64,000 bases of DNA, taken from assembly GCA_016183325.1 (NCBI GenBank), contig JACPEV010000013.1, forward strand, positions 4,837 through 68,836, in the 5' to 3' direction. Below, in pieces: positions 56,113 to 64,000 of this stretch. Made by a program: the position numbers and the translations under genes. The notes below the pieces were generated by a model. The model searched no databases, was not told the DNA's origin, and saw only the letters and a program-made list of their open reading frames with translations. Source of the stretch: Candidatus Curtissbacteria bacterium. Lineage in GTDB: Bacteria; Patescibacteriota; Microgenomatia; Curtissbacterales; GWA2-41-24. Position 1 is the stretch's first letter. Every line of letters starts with the position of its first letter.

Positions 56113-57168
56113 TTAGTGATTTGGCGGAGGGGCGGTAGATTCTCTTACTACGAGTTCTGTTTGAACCATAATTTGATTTCCAGGTGGTGTTTTGTCTTCT
56201 TCGAGCAACTCGATGAGAGCTTGATAGGCTTTTACACCAAGTTCAGTTGTGGGGACTGAGATTGTTGTTAACTGTGGGTTAGTGTAAAGACATTCGGGTA
56301 TGTTGCCGAAACCGATCACAGAAATATCTTGCGGTACTTTTAGTCCTTTGTCGTATATAGCACGAATAGCTCCAATGGCGAGGTAGTCGTTATCAGCCAT
56401 AATTGCTGTCGGGCTATCGGTTGAATCAATTAGATGTCTGCATGCATGATAGCCTTGCGATAAGAAGTTGGTTTCTCCTGAGTACGCAACGATTCCCCTC
56501 CCGAAACTTTTATCTTTGATGCTTTTTTCATATGAGGCAAGTCGCTGCCGACTTTTAGGGTAAATATTTCCAATATAAGCAATTCTTCTATGGCCGAGAT
56601 CTGCAAGATGTTGAATAGCGGTTTCAATGCCTTGAGTTTCATCGACGTCTATGCGAATGAATTCTGGTCCAGGTTGTAGTATGGGGTTGGCGTTAATAGC
56701 AACTATTGGTTGAAAATAACGACCCGGCGCAGTAAAATTTGGAGAAGATGGATTTAAAAAAATTAAGCCTTCAATTTTTTTGCTTCTGAAGAGTTCAGCA
56801 GTCTCACGTTCTTGGTAGATATCATCGTTACCACTCAGAAAGTGAACGTTATAGCCCTCATTCCTGGCTAGTTCTGAGATTGTATCGGCAACTTGGTTGT
56901 ACAAAGGATCGTCAAATTTTGGGACTAAAACTCCAATAACAGCTGATAAGTGCTTTTCTCTGAGATACCCTATCTCCTTTGCCGCATTTTGCACTAATGC
57001 CACTGTCTGGGGCGAGATAACTGGGGAATGGTTGAGAGCAAGACTGACTGTTTTTCGGCTTAAACCTAAAGCTTCGGCGATATCTTGCTGAGTTACACTT
57101 TTAGGTTCTTCGTCGGTAGCAGGTGAATGCGAAGAGCGTTCGCCTTGTGGCATGGGCGTATTATACAT
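56113..57168 (-). CDS. LacI-family transcriptional regulator
   Basis: N-terminal HTH ITQQDIAEALGLSRKTVSLALNHSPVISPQTVALVQNAAKEIGY, followed by a periplasmic-binding-protein-like sugar domain. Confidence 0.85.
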   Translation of the reverse strand: MYNTPMPQGERSSHSPATDEEPKSVTQQDIAEALGLSRKTVSLALNHSPVISPQTVALVQNAAKEIGYLREKHLSAVIGVLVPKFDDPLYNQVADTISELARNEGYNVHFLSGNDDIYQERETAELFRSKKIEGLIFLNPSSPNFTAPGRYFQPIVAINANPILQPGPEFIRIDVDETQGIETAIQHLADLGHRRIAYIGNIYPKSRQRLASYEKSIKDKSFGRGIVAYSGETNFLSQGYHACRHLIDSTDSPTAIMADNDYLAIGAIRAIYDKGLKVPQDISVIGFGNIPECLYTNPQLTTISVPTTELGVKAYQALIELLEEDKTPPGNQIMVQTELVVRESTAPPPNH

Positions 57169-57299
57169 CTATGAGGCAAGGTTGACTTGCTCTGGGAGGG
57201 CCTTTGGCCGTATAATGCCTTCAGTCCGAGTTTACCAACACCCCTTTCTGCCTACCTGTAGATAAAGTTTGGATCTGATTTTCTTCTAGATAGCAAGAC

Positions 57300-57638
57300 A
57301 TGAAGAAATTAAAACGTCGAAAAAAATCTAAAAAGAAAGTAAAAAGGCCCTTTTCCAAAAAGGAGAAGACTTATTTTGGCCTGTATTTTAAAAAATCCCA
57401 AAAGAAATTGCGAAAGTCCGGTAGGTTGATTTACAGATTTTGGAGAAGAAGAACTCGGCGTTATCGAAAGAATTTATTTTACGGAGTAACTTTGGTCGTG
57501 GCATTTATGCTGATCTGGAGAGGATTTTGGTATTTGGCAGACGAAACCCCGGCTCTTGAAAACCCGATTATTTCCATTGCAATAGGCGTGGCACTTATTC
57601 TTTTCTTGGGCGCGAGGACGAAACTGGTGGAATTTTAG
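57300..57638 (+). CDS. hypothetical small basic membrane protein
   Basis: Lys/Arg-rich N-terminus followed by two TM helices. Confidence 0.3.
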   Translation: MKKLKRRKKSKKKVKRPFSKKEKTYFGLYFKKSQKKLRKSGRLIYRFWRRRTRRYRKNLFYGVTLVVAFMLIWRGFWYLADETPALENPIISIAIGVALILFLGARTKLVEF

Positions 57639-57663
57639 GATTTGCCGTGTTATATTATAAGTA

Positions 57664-58050
57664 TTGAAAAGGCCCAGGGGGTCTTTTTTTAAGATGACAA
57701 TTGAAATTAAAACTATGTTGTTTGGACTTTTCCCTGTTAGTCGGACGGAACTTATGCCGGGTGAAAAAGTTCCTTTTGTGAGAAGGGGGTCTTGCAGACT
57801 ACAAGATGATTTTGTGCCCAAAGCCGGTGAGTTAATGGTAGTTAATGGCAATACAGTGAGATTGCCCGGAGGCGAGCTGGTAAGTGGTGGAAGTGGTAAT
57901 GGTTTGAGAACAGGGGATCAGATTTTTAGACCTGTCGAGCTGAGAAGAGATGAGATTAATATGGCAGACCTCCAACGCATATCTGATTCAAATAGCCATA
58001 GGCAAGGTGTAAGTGTTTTAGTTGAAAAAATTGTTTGGAGAAAGGATTAG
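57664..58050 (+). CDS. hypothetical protein
   Basis: 128 aa ORF with no motif recognised. Confidence 0.3.
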   Translation: MKRPRGSFFKMTIEIKTMLFGLFPVSRTELMPGEKVPFVRRGSCRLQDDFVPKAGELMVVNGNTVRLPGGELVSGGSGNGLRTGDQIFRPVELRRDEINMADLQRISDSNSHRQGVSVLVEKIVWRKD

Positions 58051-60467
58051 GAAACGAAGCCGAGCAGGGTTGTGGCGGGGATCGTGTCGCCGTTTCTAAT
58101 CTGGGAAGCGATGATCATTCTGGCGATGCCATCCTGGAGCCTGTCGGCAATTAATCTTCTGATTGGTCTTGCACCAAATTGGGGATCGTAGCCGGCCGTG
58201 GCAATTTTTTGGGCAAGCTCCGGGCTAATTTCAAGCGTAATATTTTTGGTGTCTTTAAGCTCCTGGGCCAGTCTTTGCAGCATCAGAGTAGTTACCTGGA
58301 TGACTTCTGGCGGGGCCAGGGGTTTGTAAACAACGACTGCGTCGAAGCGATTGATAAGCTCCGGAGAAAAGAAGCCTTTTTGCAGGACATAATCAATTAG
58401 TTTTTGACTGAGGGTTGAACCCTTCTTAGGGTTCAACCCTTGGGATTCTTGACTGGCTATCCCTTCCCTGATAAACTCGGCGGCGGCATTGCTGGTGGCA
58501 ATAATGATGATATTGTCAAAGCTAACCCTTTTGCCAAAGGCGTCGGTCACAAAACCTTCCTCAAAAATTTGCAAAAATAAGTTGTGCACAGCAGGCGCAG
58601 CTTTTTCGAACTCGTCAATCAAAAGCAGGCTAAAGGGATACTGGCGCACCAAAGATGTCAGTTGGCCGGGCATTTTGGTTTGGGCATCGCCAATGAGCCT
58701 TTCAATAGCCTCCTTGCTGTTAAACTCCGACATATCCAGTCTGATCATCCGCTCCTCAGAACCAAAATAAGTTTCTGCTAAAGCCTTGGCCGTTTCGGTT
58801 TTGCCAACACCGGTAGGGCCCAAGAAAAGAAATGAACCGACCGGCCGCCTGCCAACTTCAATACCGGCACGGGCTCGCCTTAAGGCGCGGGCTATTTGGA
58901 TAATGGCTTCATCCTGGCCAATCACCCGTTTGTGCAAAATTGCCTCCAGGTTGGTCAGTTTTTCTGATTCCTTTTCGGTGATTTTGCCAACGGGAATTTT
59001 GGCTATTTGAGAAATGACTTCATCAACCAAGGTTGGGGCAATGATTGCAAAATTGCGCCTTTTGGCTTCGGCTATTGAGTCTTGAAGGATTATAATTGAT
59101 TTGTCGGGCTGATATCTGGCGGCAATTAACTTTTGCGACTTTTGGACCATTTCGCTGATGGCCGCTAGACTCGTGGCGATTTTCTCTTTTTGATAAATTG
59201 CCAGGACTCTGCCGATTAAAATAATTGTAGTTTCTTCTGCGCTGGTTTCAGTAACATCTATTTTTTCAAAAACTTTTAAAAGGCTGGCATTTGGCCTGAT
59301 AAATTCATTAAATTCGTCAAGGGTGGTGATACCGATAATCGGCAGGGAGTTGTCGGTTAAAATTTGGGTTAAAACTTCGGTTAGATCGATGCGTCCTGCC
59401 GCCGAGCTGGTGATCCTGTCAATATTGTCAATCGCCAGAATAATATTGCCGGCATGTTTAGCCTCGGCCAGGATCGCTTCAAAGTTACTTTTAACCTCAA
59501 GCATGTTTTTACCGGTACCGGCAAGAGCAGTTGAGTCAAGAAGCATGACGCGGCGGCCAATCAAAGATTTAATTTGGGATCTTTGAATTTGCGAGGCCAA
59601 GCTTTCCAAAACTGTATGTCTGCCGACTCCCGGCTCACCGACTAGAAGAATGTTATTATCAAAAGGACGATTGATGACCTTTTCGATTTGGTCAATCAGT
59701 GGTTTTCTGGGGTATGATGCCGGCAGACTTTGTTTGGTTAACTGGGTGCTGAAAGCATCCAGTGTATTGGTGTAACCAAAGTTGAGCATTTGGCCAAGTG
59801 GGATACCCGCGAATTTGACAGGATTTTCGATGTGGTCTTTGAGGTAGTCGACAAGAGTTAGAAACTGGGAGGTCTTGAGATTTTTTTGCTCCAGGAATCT
59901 TGTTAAAGTGGGCCAATTTTGGGCTAAGTTCGTAACTATTTCGTAGGGGTTTTGCCCTTCTTTGATTTTTAGGGAGGCTGGAGGAGGCATATTTTGGAAA
60001 ATCGTTTTTAGATCTTCTTCAAAGAAAATACTTAAAAATTTAAATAAGGCAGTTTTTTGCAGTTTTTGTAAAAATTTTTGGGCACTTTCCAAATCAGTCG
60101 CGAAAAAATTATTGTTTTTAAAGTTTTGATACTGGGGATATGAGAGAAAGGGGAAGACCAAGTAAGCCAAGATGGCAATCGGCTGGAAAATAATTACAAG
60201 CAAGGTAGCAAAAAGGCCGGTTAGTATCAAAAGGCTTCTGACTGCGGCGCCAACGATTCTGGAGATGATGTCAAAGGAAAGTCGATCAAGAAGTTTTTCC
60301 TTGGGTTTGGCGGTGAGTCTACGGTAGGGTGCGAAGAGATTTTTAAGAAGGCCGGCGATGTTGAAGTAGGTAAAGACGGCAGCAATTTGCTCTTGGCGTG
60401 AGTTGATAAAGTCTGGTAGAGCTTTTTCGAAATGCCAGGATAGGTAATCGGGTTTGTCCATCCTCAT
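58047..60467 (-). CDS. Clp/Hsp100-family AAA+ ATPase (ClpA/B/C-like) with an atypical N-terminal membrane-spanning region
   Basis: Two AAA modules: Walker A LLVGEPGVGRHT-like in D1, FLFLGPTGVGKTETAKALAE in D2, and the sensor-2 GARPIRR. The first ~120 aa contain hydrophobic TM-like helices instead of a Clp N domain. Confidence 0.7.
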   Translation of the reverse strand: MRMDKPDYLSWHFEKALPDFINSRQEQIAAVFTYFNIAGLLKNLFAPYRRLTAKPKEKLLDRLSFDIISRIVGAAVRSLLILTGLFATLLVIIFQPIAILAYLVFPFLSYPQYQNFKNNNFFATDLESAQKFLQKLQKTALFKFLSIFFEEDLKTIFQNMPPPASLKIKEGQNPYEIVTNLAQNWPTLTRFLEQKNLKTSQFLTLVDYLKDHIENPVKFAGIPLGQMLNFGYTNTLDAFSTQLTKQSLPASYPRKPLIDQIEKVINRPFDNNILLVGEPGVGRHTVLESLASQIQRSQIKSLIGRRVMLLDSTALAGTGKNMLEVKSNFEAILAEAKHAGNIILAIDNIDRITSSAAGRIDLTEVLTQILTDNSLPIIGITTLDEFNEFIRPNASLLKVFEKIDVTETSAEETTIILIGRVLAIYQKEKIATSLAAISEMVQKSQKLIAARYQPDKSIIILQDSIAEAKRRNFAIIAPTLVDEVISQIAKIPVGKITEKESEKLTNLEAILHKRVIGQDEAIIQIARALRRARAGIEVGRRPVGSFLFLGPTGVGKTETAKALAETYFGSEERMIRLDMSEFNSKEAIERLIGDAQTKMPGQLTSLVRQYPFSLLLIDEFEKAAPAVHNLFLQIFEEGFVTDAFGKRVSFDNIIIIATSNAAAEFIREGIASQESQGLNPKKGSTLSQKLIDYVLQKGFFSPELINRFDAVVVYKPLAPPEVIQVTTLMLQRLAQELKDTKNITLEISPELAQKIATAGYDPQFGARPIRRLIADRLQDGIARMIIASQIRNGDTIPATTLLGFVS

Positions 60468-60527
60468 TTAAATTTAACAGATGGGCATAGTTGACTTCAA
60501 AGACCAGTCTGTGTTAGATTTCGCCGA

Positions 60528-61262
60528 ATGAACCCGGAATTTGGGGCAATTCACCAGCTGGCGCAAGAAAGAGCAGGCCAGCTTTTTTCAGAGCGAGAAC
60601 GGCAAGTTTTGCAGGAGCGAGTGGACGGCAAAACGATGGTGCAGATTGGCTTGGCTTTGGCTATTACTACCGGTACCGTTGCTAAACATCTCCAGAACAT
60701 GTCTGAAAAGACTGGCGAATTCATGGGTGATGACCCCGAGGATTCCGTGGCTAAACATTCTTTGTTAGCCATGGTTGTGCTGGTGCGCTATAAGTTGGTT
60801 GACATAAGCGGCCTACCAAAAAGTTCCAAAGATGTTTTAACCCCAAGGGAGCAAGAGGTGGTCGGGTTGTTGGTCCAGGGTTTGGGCGCAGCGGCGATTG
60901 CCGACAGACTGACAGTTACCGAATCGACAGTTCATAAACATCAGCTGAACGCCCGGGCCAAACTTGGTATCCACAGTGTCTTTCAGCTGTTGGCTTGGGC
61001 TACCAGGGAAGAGCTTGACGTTCAAGACAATTCAAAGCCTGTTACCGAAAGACAAATCGAGGTTTTGCAGAGAATTGCATCGGGTTTAAATTTAGAGGAA
61101 ATTGCCCGTGATTTGGGAGTGGCCAGATCAACTGTTGAAGATCACCGGCTGAACATCATTAAGAGGTGCGGTAGTATTGCCGAGGCGCTGGAAATGGGCG
61201 CGCGCCAAGGATGGATTGAGCGTAGTACGAGTAATATACCTCATCTAATTCCGATTGCATAA
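60528..61262 (+). CDS. protein with three tandem LuxR/GerE-type HTH domains
   Basis: RERQVLQERVDGKTMVQIGLALAITTGTVAKHLQNM; TPREQEVVGLLVQGLGAAAIADRLTVTESTVHKHQLNARAKLG; TERQIEVLQRIASGLNLEEIARDLGVARSTVEDHRLNIIKRCG. Confidence 0.65.
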   Translation: MNPEFGAIHQLAQERAGQLFSERERQVLQERVDGKTMVQIGLALAITTGTVAKHLQNMSEKTGEFMGDDPEDSVAKHSLLAMVVLVRYKLVDISGLPKSSKDVLTPREQEVVGLLVQGLGAAAIADRLTVTESTVHKHQLNARAKLGIHSVFQLLAWATREELDVQDNSKPVTERQIEVLQRIASGLNLEEIARDLGVARSTVEDHRLNIIKRCGSIAEALEMGARQGWIERSTSNIPHLIPIA

Positions 61263-61726
61263 TTGTACTTCAAAGATTAGAATTTGCAAGCAATGTTTCG
61301 TGATTATTACGAGGTTCGGGATTGGTTGGAGAGTTTTATACCTTTAGTTTATGGGAAAGAAGAGTTGGGTTTGGCGCGGATTGAATACCTTTTAAAACTT
61401 CTTGGAAATCCTGAGCGAAAGTTTAAGTCTGTCCATATTGCGGGGACGAGTGGGAAGGGAAGTACGGCGTTTTATACGGCGAAGCTCCTTCAGTGGGTCA
61501 GTGAGTCAGTGAGTCAGAAAATCGGTGAATCAGTGAATCAGAATCACCGAAATACCGAAATACCGAATCACCGAATTGGTCTTCATGTTTCGCCGCATTT
61601 GGTGGATATTCGGGAGAGAATGCAGATATTTAGAAGTGGAAAGTGGAAAGTGGAAAGTGGAAAGTTTGAGGATTCATTAATGTCAATGGATCGATTCATT
61701 AGATTAATGAATGAAGTTAAGGCAGT

Positions 61727-61778
61727 GGTTGAGAAAATACAGAGAACAAAACCAGAATGAGAAAATACAGAGAACAAA
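61727..61778 (+). repeat. exact 26-bp tandem duplication inside the folC-like gene
   Basis: gagaaaatacagagaacaaaaccagaat is present twice in tandem. 26 is not a multiple of 3. Confidence 0.85.
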
Positions 61779-62774
61779 ACCAGAATTGACTCCTAGTTAT
61801 TTTGAGATTTTGGTGGCAGCGAGTTTTAAATATTTTGCAGAGGAGAAAGTGGACTGGGCGGTTGTGGAGGTAGGTCTTGGTGGGAGACTTGATGCGACAA
61901 ATGTCTTGCAACCAGAACTTACAGTGATTACTAATGTGGGGCTGGATCACACTGAGATTTTGGGAAAGACAGTTGAAAAGATTGCATGGGAAAAGGCGGG
62001 AATCATTAAGTCAAAAGTATCAAAAGTACCAAAGGGAGACAAACCCGGTTTGAATGAACTACAAACCGGGTTTGGGGTGAAAATGGGTATTCCAGTCATT
62101 ACAGCAGCGAGAGGAAAAGCGCTGAAAGTGATAGAGAAGGTGGCGAAAGAAAAGGGTGCAGAAGTGATTTTCCGATGGTCCATTTTTGGCATATGAGGCA
62201 GTAAAACAGCTAGGTTTATCTTTTTATTCTTCGAGCCTCTCGAGCAAGTCTCGAGGTAAACTGAGTCGAGAAGTTTCCTCTAAGAATATACTAGTTTCTA
62301 AGGTAGGTTCTCGACCCTTCGACAAGCTCAGGGCTCGAACAATAATTAAAAAGGTGTTTTCGGAAACTTTCCCGGGAAGATTTGAGGAGATTGACAGGGG
62401 TGTGATTTTGGATGGAGCGCATAATCCCGACAAAATTCGCTTTTTGATCAGGTTGATCAAAAAGACATTTGACATTAAACATTTGACATTTGACAAAGAA
62501 AAAAAGAAGTCAATGGTCAATGGTCAATGGTCAATTGTTCTTATACTTGCTTTCAAAAAGGGGAAAAATTGGAAAGAGATAATTGATATTTTGATGAAGA
62601 ATTTGCCTGTTAAAAAAGTGATAGCGACAAAGTTTTGGGCCAGTACGGATATGGGAAAATTTCAAGCGGTTGAACCGGAAGAAATAGCGGAATATATCAG
62701 AATTAAGAATTATGAAATAAGAATTAAGGATAAAGAAAATTCACAAGAGGCGGTTTTTGAGGCTGTAAGTCTTG

Positions 62775-62820
62775 CTCCCTCCACCCCCGGGGTGAAAGGA
62801 GCCTACACCCCGGGGGTGTC
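62775..62820 (+). repeat. palindromic element family B, copy B3, within the folC-like gene
   Basis: ctccctccacccccggggtgaaaggagcctacaccccgggggtgtc, translated as STPGVKGAYTPGVSL. Confidence 0.8.
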
Positions 62821-62984
62821 TTTATCTTTAATTTTAGTTACCGGCTCGCTTTACTTAGTCGGTGAAGTGCGGACGATGTGGGAATTGCCATCCTTCTCCG
62901 GCAAAGCCGGATTCGGTGGGCGAGCCGGAATTTTGAGCATTTTTGCTGCTTGATACATACACATCTTTGTGCTAAAATGTATGT

Positions 62985-63227
62985 ATGTTAAATAAAAGGA
63001 CAAATATCTTGTTTGATGAGAAGATGTGGCAGAGGCTAACTAACAAGGCAAAAGAAAGAAAAACTTCCGTAGGAAAGCTGGTCAGGCAAGCCGTGGAGAA
63101 AGCCTATGTTGCGGATGAGGAATTGGAAAAGAGGAAAAAAGCATTGGAGGAAATTTTAAAGATTAGAAAAGTTAGCAAAAAACGAATCGATTATAAGTTT
63201 CTTATTAACTATGGTCGTAAGTATTAA
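62985..63227 (+). CDS. ribbon-helix-helix-type antitoxin (VapB-like)
   Basis: 80 aa. ILFDEKMWQRLTNKAKERKTSVGKLVRQAVEKAY is an RHH-like N-terminus. Overlaps the downstream PIN gene. Confidence 0.5.
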   Translation: MLNKRTNILFDEKMWQRLTNKAKERKTSVGKLVRQAVEKAYVADEELEKRKKALEEILKIRKVSKKRIDYKFLINYGRKY

Positions 63228-63621
63228 AGCCTTTGTTATCGATGCCTCCTTTGTGCTTTCATCACTATTACCAGACGAGGAATCTCCCGAAGCCGACAAA
63301 TTATTAAAAAAATTTGTTATTGGAGAGATTGACCTGGTATCAACAAACGTATTTGAGCTGGAAGTATTTAACGGTTTTAGGTCTGCAATTTTGCAAAAGC
63401 GTGTTTCCAGTGAAAATGTTTTAGCAATTGCGGAAAGGTTCCTCAAACTTGGAATCTCTTGCGAGAATATCGATTCCTATGGGGCCTTTTTGATTTCGCA
63501 GAAAGAAAATCTAAGCGTTTACGATGCTTCGTATGTATGGCTTGCAAGATCAAAGAATTTCCCACTTTTGACACTCGATGCCAAGTTAAGACGAATTCTC
63601 AGCGAACATAGGCGAAATTAA
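63211..63621 (+). CDS. PIN-domain toxin VapC
   Basis: AFVIDASFVLSSLL...YDASYVWLA are the PIN Asp boxes. Confidence 0.7.
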   Translation: MVVSIKAFVIDASFVLSSLLPDEESPEADKLLKKFVIGEIDLVSTNVFELEVFNGFRSAILQKRVSSENVLAIAERFLKLGISCENIDSYGAFLISQKENLSVYDASYVWLARSKNFPLLTLDAKLRRILSEHRRN

Positions 63622-63787
63622 GCAAAGCCTTTCTACGAATAAAATACTGGGTCGGCGAGGTCTGACCTTGTGGCAGTTGCCCTCCTTCGCATGAAGTTTC
63701 GGAGGGTGAACCCTCCTTCACGTAAAGTTTCCGTTGACGCTAAAGCTGTATCGGACAAGTCGGTTGGACGAGCCGGAGCTTTGAGAG

Positions 63788-64000
63788 TCATCCAAGGCTT
63801 AGGCCAATGGTGCCTAAGACTACTAGTAAGATGCCGAGTTTTTGGAAAAATTTAAGTTTTTCTTTGAAAAGGAGTGCGGAAATGACGGCCGTTGCGGCGG
63901 GAATGGTGCTGAAAATTACGGTGACGAAAGAGACTTCGTAGATTTCTATAGCTTTATTGTAGGCAATGAAAGACAAAACATCACCGGCGGCGATGAAAAG
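63788..64000 (-). CDS. C-terminal part of a membrane protein, possibly DMT/EamA-type; gene runs off the window end
   Basis: Hydrophobic C-terminus ...VIFSTIPAATAVISALLFKEKLKFFQKLGILLVVLGTIGLSLG. Confidence 0.3.
   Translation of the reverse strand, partial: LFIAAGDVLSFIAYNKAIEIYEVSFVTVIFSTIPAATAVISALLFKEKLKFFQKLGILLVVLGTIGLSLG

Larger units (their letters stand above)
61284..62953 (+). pseudogene. folylpolyglutamate synthase / dihydrofolate synthase-like Mur ligase (FolC) gene split over three frames
   Basis: HIAGTSGKGSTAFYTAKLL is the Mur ligase P-loop, and VEVGLGGRLDATNV the FolC motif. The frame breaks at an exact 26-bp tandem duplication (61727-61778), and again at about 62170-62200. Multiple in-frame repeat inserts are also present. 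Confidence 0.7.

Overview
The gene content suggests a small-genome, CPR/Patescibacteria-like bacterium; this is inference from short genes, limited metabolism, a heavily interrupted 16S rRNA gene and no linked 23S. The window reads, in order:
- an F1Fo ATP synthase operon on the minus strand (atpB-E-F-H-A-G, plus a partial atpD running off the window start);
- a Xer-type recombinase, an FtsB-like protein, and a cluster of three CAU-anticodon tRNA sequences, one of which appears nested inside another;
- trpS, whose 5' end is interrupted by an inserted NYN-domain gene, then ftsH, a 5'-3' exonuclease and a frameshifted HAD hydrolase;
- several toxin-antitoxin pairs (three vapBC, one higBA, one hicBA) plus a Fic protein and two GxxExxY nuclease-like genes;
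- a GT4 glycosyltransferase, PP2C phosphatase, mutM, recF and an ATP-dependent DNA ligase;
- a PaaX-like regulator next to an EndoQ-like PHP nuclease, then pth and an MGMT-like protein;
- a complete dxr-ispD-ispF-ispE-ispG-ispH operon with a hicBA cassette inserted behind ispH, followed by a polyprenyl synthase and uppS;
- two cupin proteins (one an archaeal-type PGI), a free-standing LAGLIDADG endonuclease, glmS with an apparent ATT start, a SpoU methyltransferase and two pilins;
- a 16S rRNA gene carrying three insertions, one encoding a four-helix-bundle IVS protein and one an intron-like insertion with a LAGLIDADG endonuclease;
- tRNA-Cys, a 5-copy 48-bp hairpin array, a GIY-YIG gene and tRNA-Ile;
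- an SDR oxidoreductase, a LacI regulator, a membrane-anchored Clp-like AAA+ ATPase, a protein with three LuxR HTH domains, and a FolC-like gene broken by a 26-bp tandem duplication.
The most striking genome-wide signal is at least three families of short palindromic elements, plus several simple-sequence repeat families, inserted in-frame into conserved housekeeping genes. This resembles the Rickettsia palindromic element (RPE) phenomenon.
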